A DNA stretch of 60,845 nucleotides from Elusimicrobiota bacterium (lineage in GTDB: Bacteria; Elusimicrobiota; Elusimicrobia; Elusimicrobiales; UBA9959). A model generated the notes under the pieces. The model did not search any database, was not told where the DNA came from, and was given only the letters and a program-made list of their open reading frames with translations. A program made the translations under genes and the position numbers. Positions within the stretch are counted from its first letter, which is position 1, and each line of letters begins with the position of its first letter. Shown here in pieces: positions 42,352 through 50,412 of the stretch. The stretch covers positions 1 through 60,845 of the forward strand of contig JACQWV010000010.1 of NCBI GenBank assembly GCA_016209085.1. The letters run 5' to 3'.

Positions 42352-43122
42352 ATGCAATCTTTTTCTTTAATGGCGGTTTTTCTATTTATACAAATCAGTG
42401 TTTTTGCTGCTAATCCTTGGATGGAGGGCGTGGTAAGACAAGTAATAGACGGAGATACTATTATAGTTCAATTAGATATAGATACATCAATGTATCCATC
42501 ATATGTAATACCTCCTTCATATTTTGAAGATCCTGACATTACGGAAGTTTTAGATAAAACAAAAGCTATTCATCTATCTCAAATAGATGCCCCAGAGATG
42601 GGACAAACTTATGGAGTAATCGCTAAAAAGAATTTGCTACAAAAAGTGCTTCATAAAAAAATCCGAATTATTGAACAAGATGCACCCGGGACCGCCGGAT
42701 TAATATCCGCAGAAATTTGGTATGCTGATGAAAATGAAAAATTTATTAATCTAAATAAGATTTTGATAGATGAAGGAATGGCCTGGGTCGATAGATTTTC
42801 TTATACCCAAGAATTTAAAATAGCAGAACAGGACGCACAAAAAAATAAAAAAGGGTTATGGGGCACAGTTAATCCCACGCCCCCATGGATGTATAGAGAA
42901 AAAAGAGAACGAATTAAATATAAAATACTTACAAATCTAAACTGTGTGGCAAGCGCAAAAACCTGTCTGCAAATGGCAAATTGTAGAGAAGCGATTTTCC
43001 GTTTGCAACAATGCGGAAGAACAGATTTAGACCCCGACCGAGACGGAACACCATGTGAGCGAACAGCATGCGTTAATAAGATTTCTGTACAAGCTAATTT
43101 TGATTTAGAAAATGACGACTAA
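42352..43122 (+). CDS. Secreted thermonuclease (SNase-like) with a C-terminal Excalibur calcium-binding domain
   Basis: It has a signal peptide, VVRQVIDGDTIIV, IDAPE and KKGLWG, plus the DPDRDGTPCE Excalibur motif. The local composition is AT-rich. Confidence 0.8.
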   Translation: MQSFSLMAVFLFIQISVFAANPWMEGVVRQVIDGDTIIVQLDIDTSMYPSYVIPPSYFEDPDITEVLDKTKAIHLSQIDAPEMGQTYGVIAKKNLLQKVLHKKIRIIEQDAPGTAGLISAEIWYADENEKFINLNKILIDEGMAWVDRFSYTQEFKIAEQDAQKNKKGLWGTVNPTPPWMYREKRERIKYKILTNLNCVASAKTCLQMANCREAIFRLQQCGRTDLDPDRDGTPCERTACVNKISVQANFDLENDD

Positions 43123-43306
43123 TTAAGATACCTTATAAAATGAAACAAAGGCATTGCGGAGGGTTCGCGGGTTAAATTTGTCCGAAAAATACATATTATT
43201 GAAGCCAATGTATCAAGTTGGATAAACGGACGATGTGCCACTTCCGAAGACTTCTCCAATTTATAAGAAGCTTTGAAAATTCCGGCTTTATGATGTAAAC
43301 TATTTA

Positions 43307-43652
43307 ATGAAGAAGAAAATAATCTTTAAAATTCATGATAAATTAGGCAATCCGACAATCCTTGATACTTGGTGTATTCAACATGTTCGTTTAAGACATC
43401 CTGATGTTTTACCGTATATTGAAAAAATTAAAGAGGCGTTGCTTACTCCTTCCTTAATTAATGAAAGACCAAGCAGGAGCTTTTCTGTTCTATAAGAAGT
43501 TAGATGATTCTTTTAAAGCGATATTAAACACATCTGCGAACTATCTGGCAGTATGCACTAAAAAAGAAAAGAATAGCGGGAATAGATTCGTTGCCTCCTA
43601 TTACCTTGTGGCAGAACCCAGAAAACATGGAGACAAAAGATATGAAAAATAA
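43307..43652 (+). pseudogene. Frameshifted small toxin-like gene (DUF4258/RelE-fold-like family by resemblance)
   Basis: ORF 43307-43495 (..WCIQHVRLRHPDVLPYIEKIKEALLTPSLI) and ORF 43461-43652 (..DQAGAFLFYKKLDD...NYLAVCTKKEKNSGNRFVASYYLV) together look like one gene of about 110 aa, split by a 1-nt frame change near 43460-43470. Confidence 0.5.
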
Positions 43653-44028
43653 AATAATAATGCATGAAACCATTTTAAATAGCAAAAAATTTAAAGTTAT
43701 AATCAATTTAGAACATAATACTGCTTCTGCAAATTTCGTTACGAATGAAACTATTATTTCGTCTGAGATAGACGATTATATTGTGCTTCACTATGGAGAG
43801 CAGACGAAAACTTTAGTAGGTTTTACCATATTGCATTTACAAGAATTTTTTGAATATATAGAGGCTAAATTCAAAAAATATGTTGAAGAGAAAAGATTAA
43901 AGGAACAAGAATGGCTCAAACGTAAAGCTGAAGAATCAATATATAAAGTAATAAGTGAAAAGAAATACAGGAGCGTCTTTCAAATCCCAGAGCCGTTATG
44001 GCATATGTCTTCTCACCGAAGTAGATAA
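43627..44028 (+). CDS. DUF2283-like small protein (putative antitoxin partner) with a coiled-coil tail
   Basis: ..DDYIVLHYGEQTKTLVGFTILHLQEFF resembles the DUF2283 core. It overlaps the end of the upstream toxin-like gene. Confidence 0.45.
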   Translation: METKDMKNKIIMHETILNSKKFKVIINLEHNTASANFVTNETIISSEIDDYIVLHYGEQTKTLVGFTILHLQEFFEYIEAKFKKYVEEKRLKEQEWLKRKAEESIYKVISEKKYRSVFQIPEPLWHMSSHRSR

Positions 44029-44196
44029 CGGCCGATTTTTACAAATCTACGGAAGATATATTTACGCTGAAAAATAAGTAAATCTGCGTAATCAATCTGC
44101 GAGGATTGTCCTAAAATAGACCTGTCCCAAAAACATATTGCGTAATTCAAGATAGAAACATAATAATGGAAATTTAAGGACAGAAGAACCAATATG

Positions 44197-44408
44197 TATC
44201 CAAGTCCGGTAAGGGAGCGATTTGCGAGGTTTAGTCTTGCGAGCCCCGCCATCGGCGGGGGAAGAAAACCCTTCAGAGAGTGTTGCCGAGCATGTATGTT
44301 TGAGCCTGCCGAACTATGAGAGGCAGGCGAGTTGCGGAGGCGCTGACAAAGGCGCAACGAACAACGGCGTTAAAAACCTCGCCATGAGCGAGTCTGCGGA
44401 CTTGGATA
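44197..44408. ncRNA. Candidate structured RNA or structured DNA element (unknown class)
   Basis: A perfect 12-bp closing helix pairs 44197-44208 with 44397-44408. A nested perfect 9-bp helix pairs 44224-44232 with 44374-44382. Internal hairpins are 44244-44260, 44304-44328 and 44331-44358. The element is GC-rich within AT-rich DNA and has no credible ORF. Confidence 0.45.
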
Positions 44409-44503
44409 TTTCTATGCGGGAAAAACCTACTGCCAAGACCCCGTCGTGAGTACAATCTACAGGCGTTGCCTTACAAAAATTTTCTTGGGGGATAGTCGTG
44501 GTT

Positions 44504-44890
44504 CTAAAGCCCGAGGAACCAGATAAGGCCTATCAGCGCTATCCCGCCTGTGAGAGCTCCCGCAACCGTGCCGAACAGTAAGAACCCGGCCAGAGCCCCT
44601 GCCATACCCACTATAGCCCATGGTTTTGCTTTTTGCAGCGTTTGTTTGACCGATTCCCATGTAGACGTCTTTTCTTTCTCTACGGTAACGGTTGATTTGG
44701 CATCCAGGCCTTTGACTTCAGTTCCGGCAGTCGTTCCGCTGTAGGATTTTGAGCCGTCAAATGCGGACGGAGCGTTAAGAGCTGCTCCATTAAGCTGTTC
44801 TATGGCTTCGCCTGCAAAAGCCCAGTTCAGAGCAGTTGCGGAAAATGCGATGATTAAAATTTTAAGGCATATTGTTTTGTATGTTTTCAT
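44504..44890 (-). CDS. Small secreted/membrane protein with a C-terminal glycine-zipper TM segment
   Basis: 128 aa with a signal peptide. The C-terminus is PWAIVGMAGALAGFLLFGTVAGALTGGIALIGLIWFLGL. Confidence 0.5.
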   Translation of the reverse strand: MKTYKTICLKILIIAFSATALNWAFAGEAIEQLNGAALNAPSAFDGSKSYSGTTAGTEVKGLDAKSTVTVEKEKTSTWESVKQTLQKAKPWAIVGMAGALAGFLLFGTVAGALTGGIALIGLIWFLGL

Positions 44891-44975
44891 AATTTATATT
44901 TTAGTATAAATTTCAGGTTTTGTTAAGGTAAGAACAGCCCCTTATTTAATAGGCCCAAAGACCCATATAAAAAAG

Positions 44976-45047
44976 TACCCCCACCTGGAATCGAACCAGG
45001 ATCACCTGCTTAGAAGGCAGGTGCTTTATCCATTAAGCTATGGGGGC
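44976..45047 (-). tRNA. tRNA-Arg (anticodon TCT)
   Basis: Hand-folded. The acceptor is GCCCCCA/TGGGGGT (G1-U72), the D stem GCTT/AAGC, the anticodon stem CCTGC/GCAGG with loop CTTCTAA, and the T arm CCTGG-TTCGATT-CCAGG. The variable loop is 4 nt. Confidence 0.85.
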
Positions 45048-45319
45048 ATCTATCGCACCCTCGCACTTATTGTGCTCGGGCGGAATAACCGCCCCGCCTT
45101 TTAAGGTTATCGGCGGGGTGCTCTACAAGGGGAGATAATCTCCCCATTTCATCGTCGTTCGCTCCGCACTTTTTCAGTGCTACGCTCACTGAACCCCTCT
45201 TATAAGGTTTATTCCTATAAGTGTCGCACCCTCTATAAAGCAGAGACCAGAGGTCAGGGGTCAGAGAAGAATGATTTAATGAGTTACCAACTTATTCCAA
45301 ATTTATTATTATATAAAGT

Positions 45320-46168
45320 ATGTTCTCTAATTTAAAATCCCTTCTTCCATTATCCCTTTACTCTCTTATCACCTTATCATCTTATTATCTTATTATCTCT
45401 TTTGTTCTTTTTTCCACCGGCTGTTCCGGTTATTACTACGACGACGCCGTAAAATTTGAAAAACAGGGAGCGCTTTTGAAAGCCGCAAAAATCTACGAGA
45501 TGTTCGTGAAAAAACATCCTGAAGACCCCAGGGCAGGGCCCGCGCTTTTAAAAGCAGCGGACATATATTCAAAAAAATTCCAGCTTTGCAGGAAAGCAGT
45601 TCCCCTGTATGAGCTGATTCTTAAAGATTACGGCAAACTTGAATCCGTAAACGCGGCGAAGAAAGGGCTTTACATGTGTCCGGATTATTTTCCGCTTGAG
45701 AAAAACAGAACCTGGACTTACGGCGATTCCCAGACTTTCGGCAGGAACATTAAAGAGATTCACATCGTTAAAGAGGAAAAAAATCTCGGCGCGTCCGTGA
45801 AAATAGAGCAGTACGCGGGAAAAAAACTTGCAGGCAGAATCAGGCAGGATTATTCTTTTACCGGAGACGGGATTTCTATCAACACCTCCGATTTCAAAGG
45901 CCTCAGGTTTAAATATCCGGTCAAAAAAGGAATAAAATGGACTTCAAAAATCAGAGGACAGAAGGTTATGTTTGAAATAACCGGCGTTTCCCTTAAAATT
46001 GAAGTGGACGCGGGAGCGTTTGAAAACTGCATCCGCATAGAACAGCGTTTTAAAAACGCGCCTTCATGGGTCAACGAGTATTATGCGCCGTGGGTCGGCA
46101 GGATAATGACCGCCACGGCCGGAACGGATTTTGAAAACAGGATAATGGAGCTTCTTTCATATGAGTAA
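45320..46168 (+). CDS. Putative lipoprotein with an N-terminal TPR-like helical region
   Basis: 282 aa with a lipobox-like LFSTGC. The start is uncertain, and the first ~25 codons overlap a CTTATCA word repeat. Confidence 0.45.
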   Translation: MFSNLKSLLPLSLYSLITLSSYYLIISFVLFSTGCSGYYYDDAVKFEKQGALLKAAKIYEMFVKKHPEDPRAGPALLKAADIYSKKFQLCRKAVPLYELILKDYGKLESVNAAKKGLYMCPDYFPLEKNRTWTYGDSQTFGRNIKEIHIVKEEKNLGASVKIEQYAGKKLAGRIRQDYSFTGDGISINTSDFKGLRFKYPVKKGIKWTSKIRGQKVMFEITGVSLKIEVDAGAFENCIRIEQRFKNAPSWVNEYYAPWVGRIMTATAGTDFENRIMELLSYE

Positions 46169-46207
46169 ACGCAACAATTATGAAGACCAGCCGGATCCAA
46201 GCTTTCA

Positions 46208-47389
46208 ATGTACGAAGAATGCCCCATGAAGTACAAATTCAAATACATTGAAAAAATAAAGGAAAAACCTAAATCCTACTTTGCCTTCGGTCACAGCATT
46301 CATTCCGCCATGGAGTTTCTCTATGCCGTGAAATCCCCGCCTTTTCCTTCTCTTGAAGAAGTTCTGGAATTTTTCACTACGGGCTGGGACAGAAAATCCT
46401 GGCTTGAGAAAGGATACAAAGACGCGGCAAAAGCCGAGAATGACTTTCAGGAAGGCCGCAGAATGCTCGCCGCATATTACAAAAAGCATTGCAAAACTCT
46501 TGAAGTTCCGTTCCTCCTTGAGTACGAATCAGAGGTTGAGACTGACGGTCTCATGGTAAAAATAATAGCGGACAGGATAAATTATCTCGGAAAAGGCGAG
46601 ATTTTGATAATAGACTACAAGACCGGAAAGGACGTGAAAAGAGAGCCGGACCAGCTTTACATGTATCAGAGAATCTGCGAGATGGACGAACGGCTGAAAA
46701 AACGGGTTAATGAAGTCTACGGAGAGAATCCGCCTGACATAAAAGTCAGGAATCTCGTTTATTACCACGTGCCCTCTCTCAGGGAGGTCGCTTTTGAAAG
46801 GGCGAAGGAGACCGAGATAAATTCCTTCTGGCAGAGAGTATTGTCGGTTGCGGACAGAATAAGAAAATCTGAGTTTGAACCGAATCCCGGAGAATTTCAA
46901 TGCAGGTTCTGCGATTACGGCCAGTTGTGCCCTGTTTACGCAAAAAACGGGTCTTTTACTGGAGAGGCGGACCTGTCCGCCGGAAAAGAATTACAGGGAG
47001 CGAAACTTGAAGACATGATAGACGAGTACGCCGAGTTGAAGCTGAATTCAGAGTCCATGAAAAGCCGGATGGAAACTTTGAAAAACGCCATACTTGCCGC
47101 AGCCGGAGGCCCCCGTTCCGGCCCCCTGAACGGCAGGAAGTACTCCATGGAAATCAGAAAAGACGAGAAATGGTTGTTTAAAGACAGGGAAAACATAACA
47201 AAAGTTTTAAAGGAAACCGGCATGTATGAAAAAACCGTTTCCCCCACGGTGAAAGGCATTGTGGATTTACTCAAAGACGGGACAATACCGGAAACCGTTA
47301 AAGAGAAAATAAGAAAGGCCGGGGAGCGGGTGGAGGAAGTAGAATTTGAAATTACTACTTTGCGAGGCTCAGTAAACCAGCGATTATGA
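46208..47389 (+). CDS. PD-(D/E)XK nuclease family protein (Cas4/AddB-nuclease-like, with a Cys cluster)
   Basis: ECPMKYKFKYI, IADRINY...LIIDYKTGK, and the C-terminal CRFCDYGQLCP. Confidence 0.75.
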   Translation: MYEECPMKYKFKYIEKIKEKPKSYFAFGHSIHSAMEFLYAVKSPPFPSLEEVLEFFTTGWDRKSWLEKGYKDAAKAENDFQEGRRMLAAYYKKHCKTLEVPFLLEYESEVETDGLMVKIIADRINYLGKGEILIIDYKTGKDVKREPDQLYMYQRICEMDERLKKRVNEVYGENPPDIKVRNLVYYHVPSLREVAFERAKETEINSFWQRVLSVADRIRKSEFEPNPGEFQCRFCDYGQLCPVYAKNGSFTGEADLSAGKELQGAKLEDMIDEYAELKLNSESMKSRMETLKNAILAAAGGPRSGPLNGRKYSMEIRKDEKWLFKDRENITKVLKETGMYEKTVSPTVKGIVDLLKDGTIPETVKEKIRKAGERVEEVEFEITTLRGSVNQRL

Positions 47390-48864
47390 ACGAATACATT
47401 CTCGTTGTTGACCAGGGAAGTTCAAGTTCCAGATGTTTTGCCTTTGATTTAAACGGCAAGGTCGCGTTTTACGCAAAAAGGGAATTGAGAGTTTCTTACC
47501 CGGAACAGGGCTTTGCCGAATACGAACCGCGGGACATCCTGCGAACCCAGACAGAGGTCATTGACCGGACTCTCCGGATAATGAAACCCGGTTCAAAGAT
47601 TCTCGGGCTCGGAATAGCATCCCAGAGGTCAACCATAGTGTTGTGGGATAGAAACACCGGCGTTCCCCTGTGCCCGGCGTTAAGCTGGCAGGACGGCAGG
47701 TCTTTCAGAGAAGCCGAAGCCGCGCCTGTTTCAAACAGCCGGATCCACGCGATAACCGGGCTTTACAAGACTCCTTATTATTCCGCCTCCAAAATAGTCT
47801 GGTGCATGAAAAATTATCCGGCGGTCCGCAGGGCGCTTGAAAGGCGGAATCTTCTTATTTCTCCGGTCGCCTCTTTCATACTCTGGCATTTATCAAAAGG
47901 CGGAATCTTTGCTGCTGACCCGACCCTAGCCCAGAGAACTCTGCTTTTCAACATTCATGCCATGCAGTGGGACAAAACCCTGCTGGACGCTTTCGGAATC
48001 AGCGCAGGGATTCTTCCTCAGATTAAGCCGACGTTCTCCGATTTCGGAGAAATTCAGAGAAACGGGTTCAAAATTCCGGTTCGCGCCATGATGGGCGACC
48101 AGCAGTCCGCCATGCTCGGTTTAGGCATAGAAAACAGAAACACTGCATGCCTGAATTACGGAACCGGGGCTTTCTTGCTTGTAAACACCGGAGGCCGGAT
48201 AGTGAAAACAACCGGGCTTCTCAACTCAATCGGCTGGCAGGACGGGTTTAATAAGAATAAAACCGTTTATTTCTCGGAAGGGACCGTGAATTCCTGCGCA
48301 ACCGTGCTTGAATGGCTGAAACTCAATTTCGGTTTTTACAAAGAACTTTCTGAAATAGACGCCATGTGCGCCAAATCAAAAAACAGGATTTTTGTTCTGC
48401 CCGCCATAGGAGGCATCGGCTCGCCTCACTGGGATTACAGGACTTTTACGACTTTTACCGGACTGACCGCCGGGACGGATAAAAACGATTTAATCAGGGG
48501 CTGTGTTGAGGGAATTTGTTTTATGGTCTCTGACATCGTTGAAGCCGTGAAAGAAAGCGGCGTTAAAATAAAAGAGATTAAAGTTTCCGGAGGAGTTTCA
48601 AACATTGATTATCTTCTTCAGTTTCAATCCGACGTTACCGGTTTGAAAGTCGTCCGCGTCGGACAGATTGAGGCCACTGCCGCCGGGCTTGCGGGCCGGA
48701 TTGCAAAGATTTCCGGAAGTGACGTTAAAAAATGGAAATTAGGCTCAGGCGACTCCGTATTCTTTCCCCGCATAAACCCGTCCCGGAGAAAATCCGTTAT
48801 TGCCTGCTGGAAAAACTTCCTGAACCATTCCGTAGAGATGAGCAAAAAAATAACCTGGAAATAA
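47386..48864 (+). CDS. glpK: FGGY-family carbohydrate kinase (glycerol kinase-like)
   Basis: 492 aa. VVDQGSSSSR, GDQQSAMLG and a C-terminal GG..N motif. Confidence 0.7.
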   Translation: MNEYILVVDQGSSSSRCFAFDLNGKVAFYAKRELRVSYPEQGFAEYEPRDILRTQTEVIDRTLRIMKPGSKILGLGIASQRSTIVLWDRNTGVPLCPALSWQDGRSFREAEAAPVSNSRIHAITGLYKTPYYSASKIVWCMKNYPAVRRALERRNLLISPVASFILWHLSKGGIFAADPTLAQRTLLFNIHAMQWDKTLLDAFGISAGILPQIKPTFSDFGEIQRNGFKIPVRAMMGDQQSAMLGLGIENRNTACLNYGTGAFLLVNTGGRIVKTTGLLNSIGWQDGFNKNKTVYFSEGTVNSCATVLEWLKLNFGFYKELSEIDAMCAKSKNRIFVLPAIGGIGSPHWDYRTFTTFTGLTAGTDKNDLIRGCVEGICFMVSDIVEAVKESGVKIKEIKVSGGVSNIDYLLQFQSDVTGLKVVRVGQIEATAAGLAGRIAKISGSDVKKWKLGSGDSVFFPRINPSRRKSVIACWKNFLNHSVEMSKKITWK

Positions 48865-48882
48865 AAAAATTGCGGAAATTTA

Positions 48883-48953
48883 CCCCGTTAGAAATAAGCC
48901 GCCCCGAGGCGGCTGTCGCCGTGCCCAAAGGGCAGGGCGGATTTCTAACGGGG
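48883..48953. mobile_element. Short variant sharing the family-1 termini (CCCCGTTAGAAAT...ATTTCTAACGGGG) with a different GC-rich core
   Basis: 71 nt, flanked by ttta / tttac like copy 1811-1935. The core forms hairpins gccgcc-ccga-ggcggc and tgccc-aaa-gggca. It sits between convergent glpK-like and trxB. Confidence 0.7.
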
Positions 48954-48972
48954 TTTACCGGCGGTTTTGTTT

Positions 48973-49908
48973 TTATGTTGTTGTATTTTCAATGTATTTG
49001 AGCGCTTCAAGAGCCGCCATGCAGCCGGTTCCTGAGGCTATAACAGCCTGTTTATAAAGCGGATCCGCTACGTCGCCTGCGGCAAAAACGCCTTCAATAG
49101 AGGTTCTGGTTTTTCCGTCAGTCAGAATATAACCTTTTTCATCCGTCTTCAGACTATCTCTGAATAATTTCGTTTCAGGTTCATGTCCTATCGCTATAAA
49201 AACGCCCTGGGCCGGTATTTCCCTGATTTGTCCTGTTTTTACGTTTTTGATTTTGACTCCGCTTACCTTTTTGTCGCCCATAACCTGTTCAAGAACAGAA
49301 TCATAAACCAGCTCTATTTTTGGATTTTTGAGTCTTTCCTGAAGCCTGTAAGCCGTTCTCAGCTTGTCTCTTCTGTGGATTAAATAAACTCTGGCCGCAA
49401 ACTTTGTCAGGAATACTGCGTCTTCAGCCGCAGTGTCCCCCCCGCCTATCACGCAGACTTCTTTGTTCCTGAAAAACGCTCCGTCGCACGTGGCGCAGGC
49501 TGAAACGCCTTTGCCGATGAATTTCTGTTCTGATTCCAGATTTAACCACCTGGCTCTTGCGCCTGACGCTATTATGACGGCTTTGCAGTAAAAACTGTTT
49601 TCTCCGGCAGATGTGATTTCATAAGGCTTTTTGTCGAATTTGACGTCTGCGGCTTCTTCATGGATAACTTCCGCTCCTAACCTCTTTGCCTGGTTAAGCA
49701 TGTTTTGCATCAGATCCGGCCCTGCAACCGGCTTGGGAAAGCCCGGAAAATTTTCAATCTCAGTAGTCATCAAAAGCTGGCCTCCGGGCGCAATTCCCCC
49801 GAAAACGAGGGTTTTCGCCCCGCCTCTCGCGCAGTAGACAGCCGCAGTCATGCCCGCAGGACCTGCTCCGATTATAATAATGTCATAGCTATTTGGATTT
49901 TCCGTCAT
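48973..49908 (-). CDS. trxB: Thioredoxin-disulfide reductase
   Basis: GAGPAGMTAA, the CATCDG redox site and GGGDTA. Confidence 0.95.
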   Translation of the reverse strand: MTENPNSYDIIIIGAGPAGMTAAVYCARGGAKTLVFGGIAPGGQLLMTTEIENFPGFPKPVAGPDLMQNMLNQAKRLGAEVIHEEAADVKFDKKPYEITSAGENSFYCKAVIIASGARARWLNLESEQKFIGKGVSACATCDGAFFRNKEVCVIGGGDTAAEDAVFLTKFAARVYLIHRRDKLRTAYRLQERLKNPKIELVYDSVLEQVMGDKKVSGVKIKNVKTGQIREIPAQGVFIAIGHEPETKLFRDSLKTDEKGYILTDGKTRTSIEGVFAAGDVADPLYKQAVIASGTGCMAALEALKYIENTTT

Positions 49909-49927
49909 AAATTCTCCTGTTGCTAAA

Positions 49928-50009
49928 GAAGTCAGAACACAGAAGTCAGAGATCAGATTTCCGAGTATTTATTCTTCTGATTTCTGGCTTCTGACCTCTG
50001 ATTTCTGAT
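49928..50009. repeat. Imperfect hairpin of CAGAAGTCAGAG-type words; the right arm is translated as the queD C-terminus
   Basis: agaagtcagaacacagaagtcagagatcag ... ttctgatttctggcttctgacctctgatttctga. The queD tail reads ..SYQKSEVRSQKSEE. Confidence 0.6.
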
Positions 50010-50409
50010 AGGAAGCGCAGGAATTTTCAGTTTCCCAGAATTTAACTTTTTTAACAGGCAGTTTCCTGTCTTTTGCAAAATCAAATATCAATTCAGCCAG
50101 GACCTCCGCGGTCGGATTTCCGGGGGTAAGGAAAAGAGCCTGTTTGTTCTTTTTAAGGACTTTCGCCAGCGGGTCGTTTTCCGCAAGAACGGTTTTATGG
50201 TCCAGATTGGAATCCAGCCAGCTCCCGATGATTTTTTTTATTTTTTCAAAATCCACGACCATCTTCCGGCTGTTCAAAAGTCCTGATTTAAGAATGATTT
50301 CAACTTTTGCGTTATGGCCGTGAAGATTTGAACACCTGCCTTTGTAATTCAGAAGCCTGTGGCCGTAACAGATATGAAAAATTTTTTTTACCGTAAACAT
50401 AGGCTGCAT
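49969..50409 (-). CDS. queD: 6-carboxy-5,6,7,8-tetrahydropterin synthase
   Basis: FHICYGHRLLNYKGRCSNLHGHN and later catalytic residues. 146 aa. Confidence 0.9.
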   Translation of the reverse strand: MQPMFTVKKIFHICYGHRLLNYKGRCSNLHGHNAKVEIILKSGLLNSRKMVVDFEKIKKIIGSWLDSNLDHKTVLAENDPLAKVLKKNKQALFLTPGNPTAEVLAELIFDFAKDRKLPVKKVKFWETENSCASYQKSEVRSQKSEE

Positions 50410-50412
50410 TCC

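Noticed and set aside
44197-44215. Resemblance of ccaagtccggtaagggagcg to the RNase P P4 strand (GAGGAAAGUCCGG) or to the SRP domain IV strand (GGUCCGGAAGGAAGC)
   Set aside because: The partner motifs are absent: ACAGAACCCGGCUUA for RNase P, and the symmetric-loop AGCA/GGAA pattern for SRP. The segment instead pairs perfectly with 44397-44408.
42250-44975. A search for an att-type duplicate of the tRNA-Arg 3' end, or for any integrase or transposase, in the AT-rich patch
   Set aside because: None was found by eye, so the island interpretation is reported only as inference and no mobile-element feature is called.
45140-45185. A tmRNA-like tag template (GCGAACGACGATGAA.. reads A-N-D-D-E) on the tRNA-Arg strand
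   Set aside because: The adjacent tRNA is a complete canonical tRNA-Arg with an anticodon. There is no tRNA-like acceptor/T-arm pairing for a tmRNA, the reading frame runs 31 codons, and it does not end in a hydrophobic ..LAA-type tag.
46181-46230. A possible N-terminal frameshift in the PD-(D/E)XK nuclease gene. The upstream ATG frame reads MKTSRIQAFN, resembling the S.S.L..F part of the family N-terminus.
   Set aside because: The spacing to the ECP motif does not fit the usual S-x-L-x2-(Y/F)-x2-CP pattern, and the evidence is only about 10 residues. The start at 46208 was kept.
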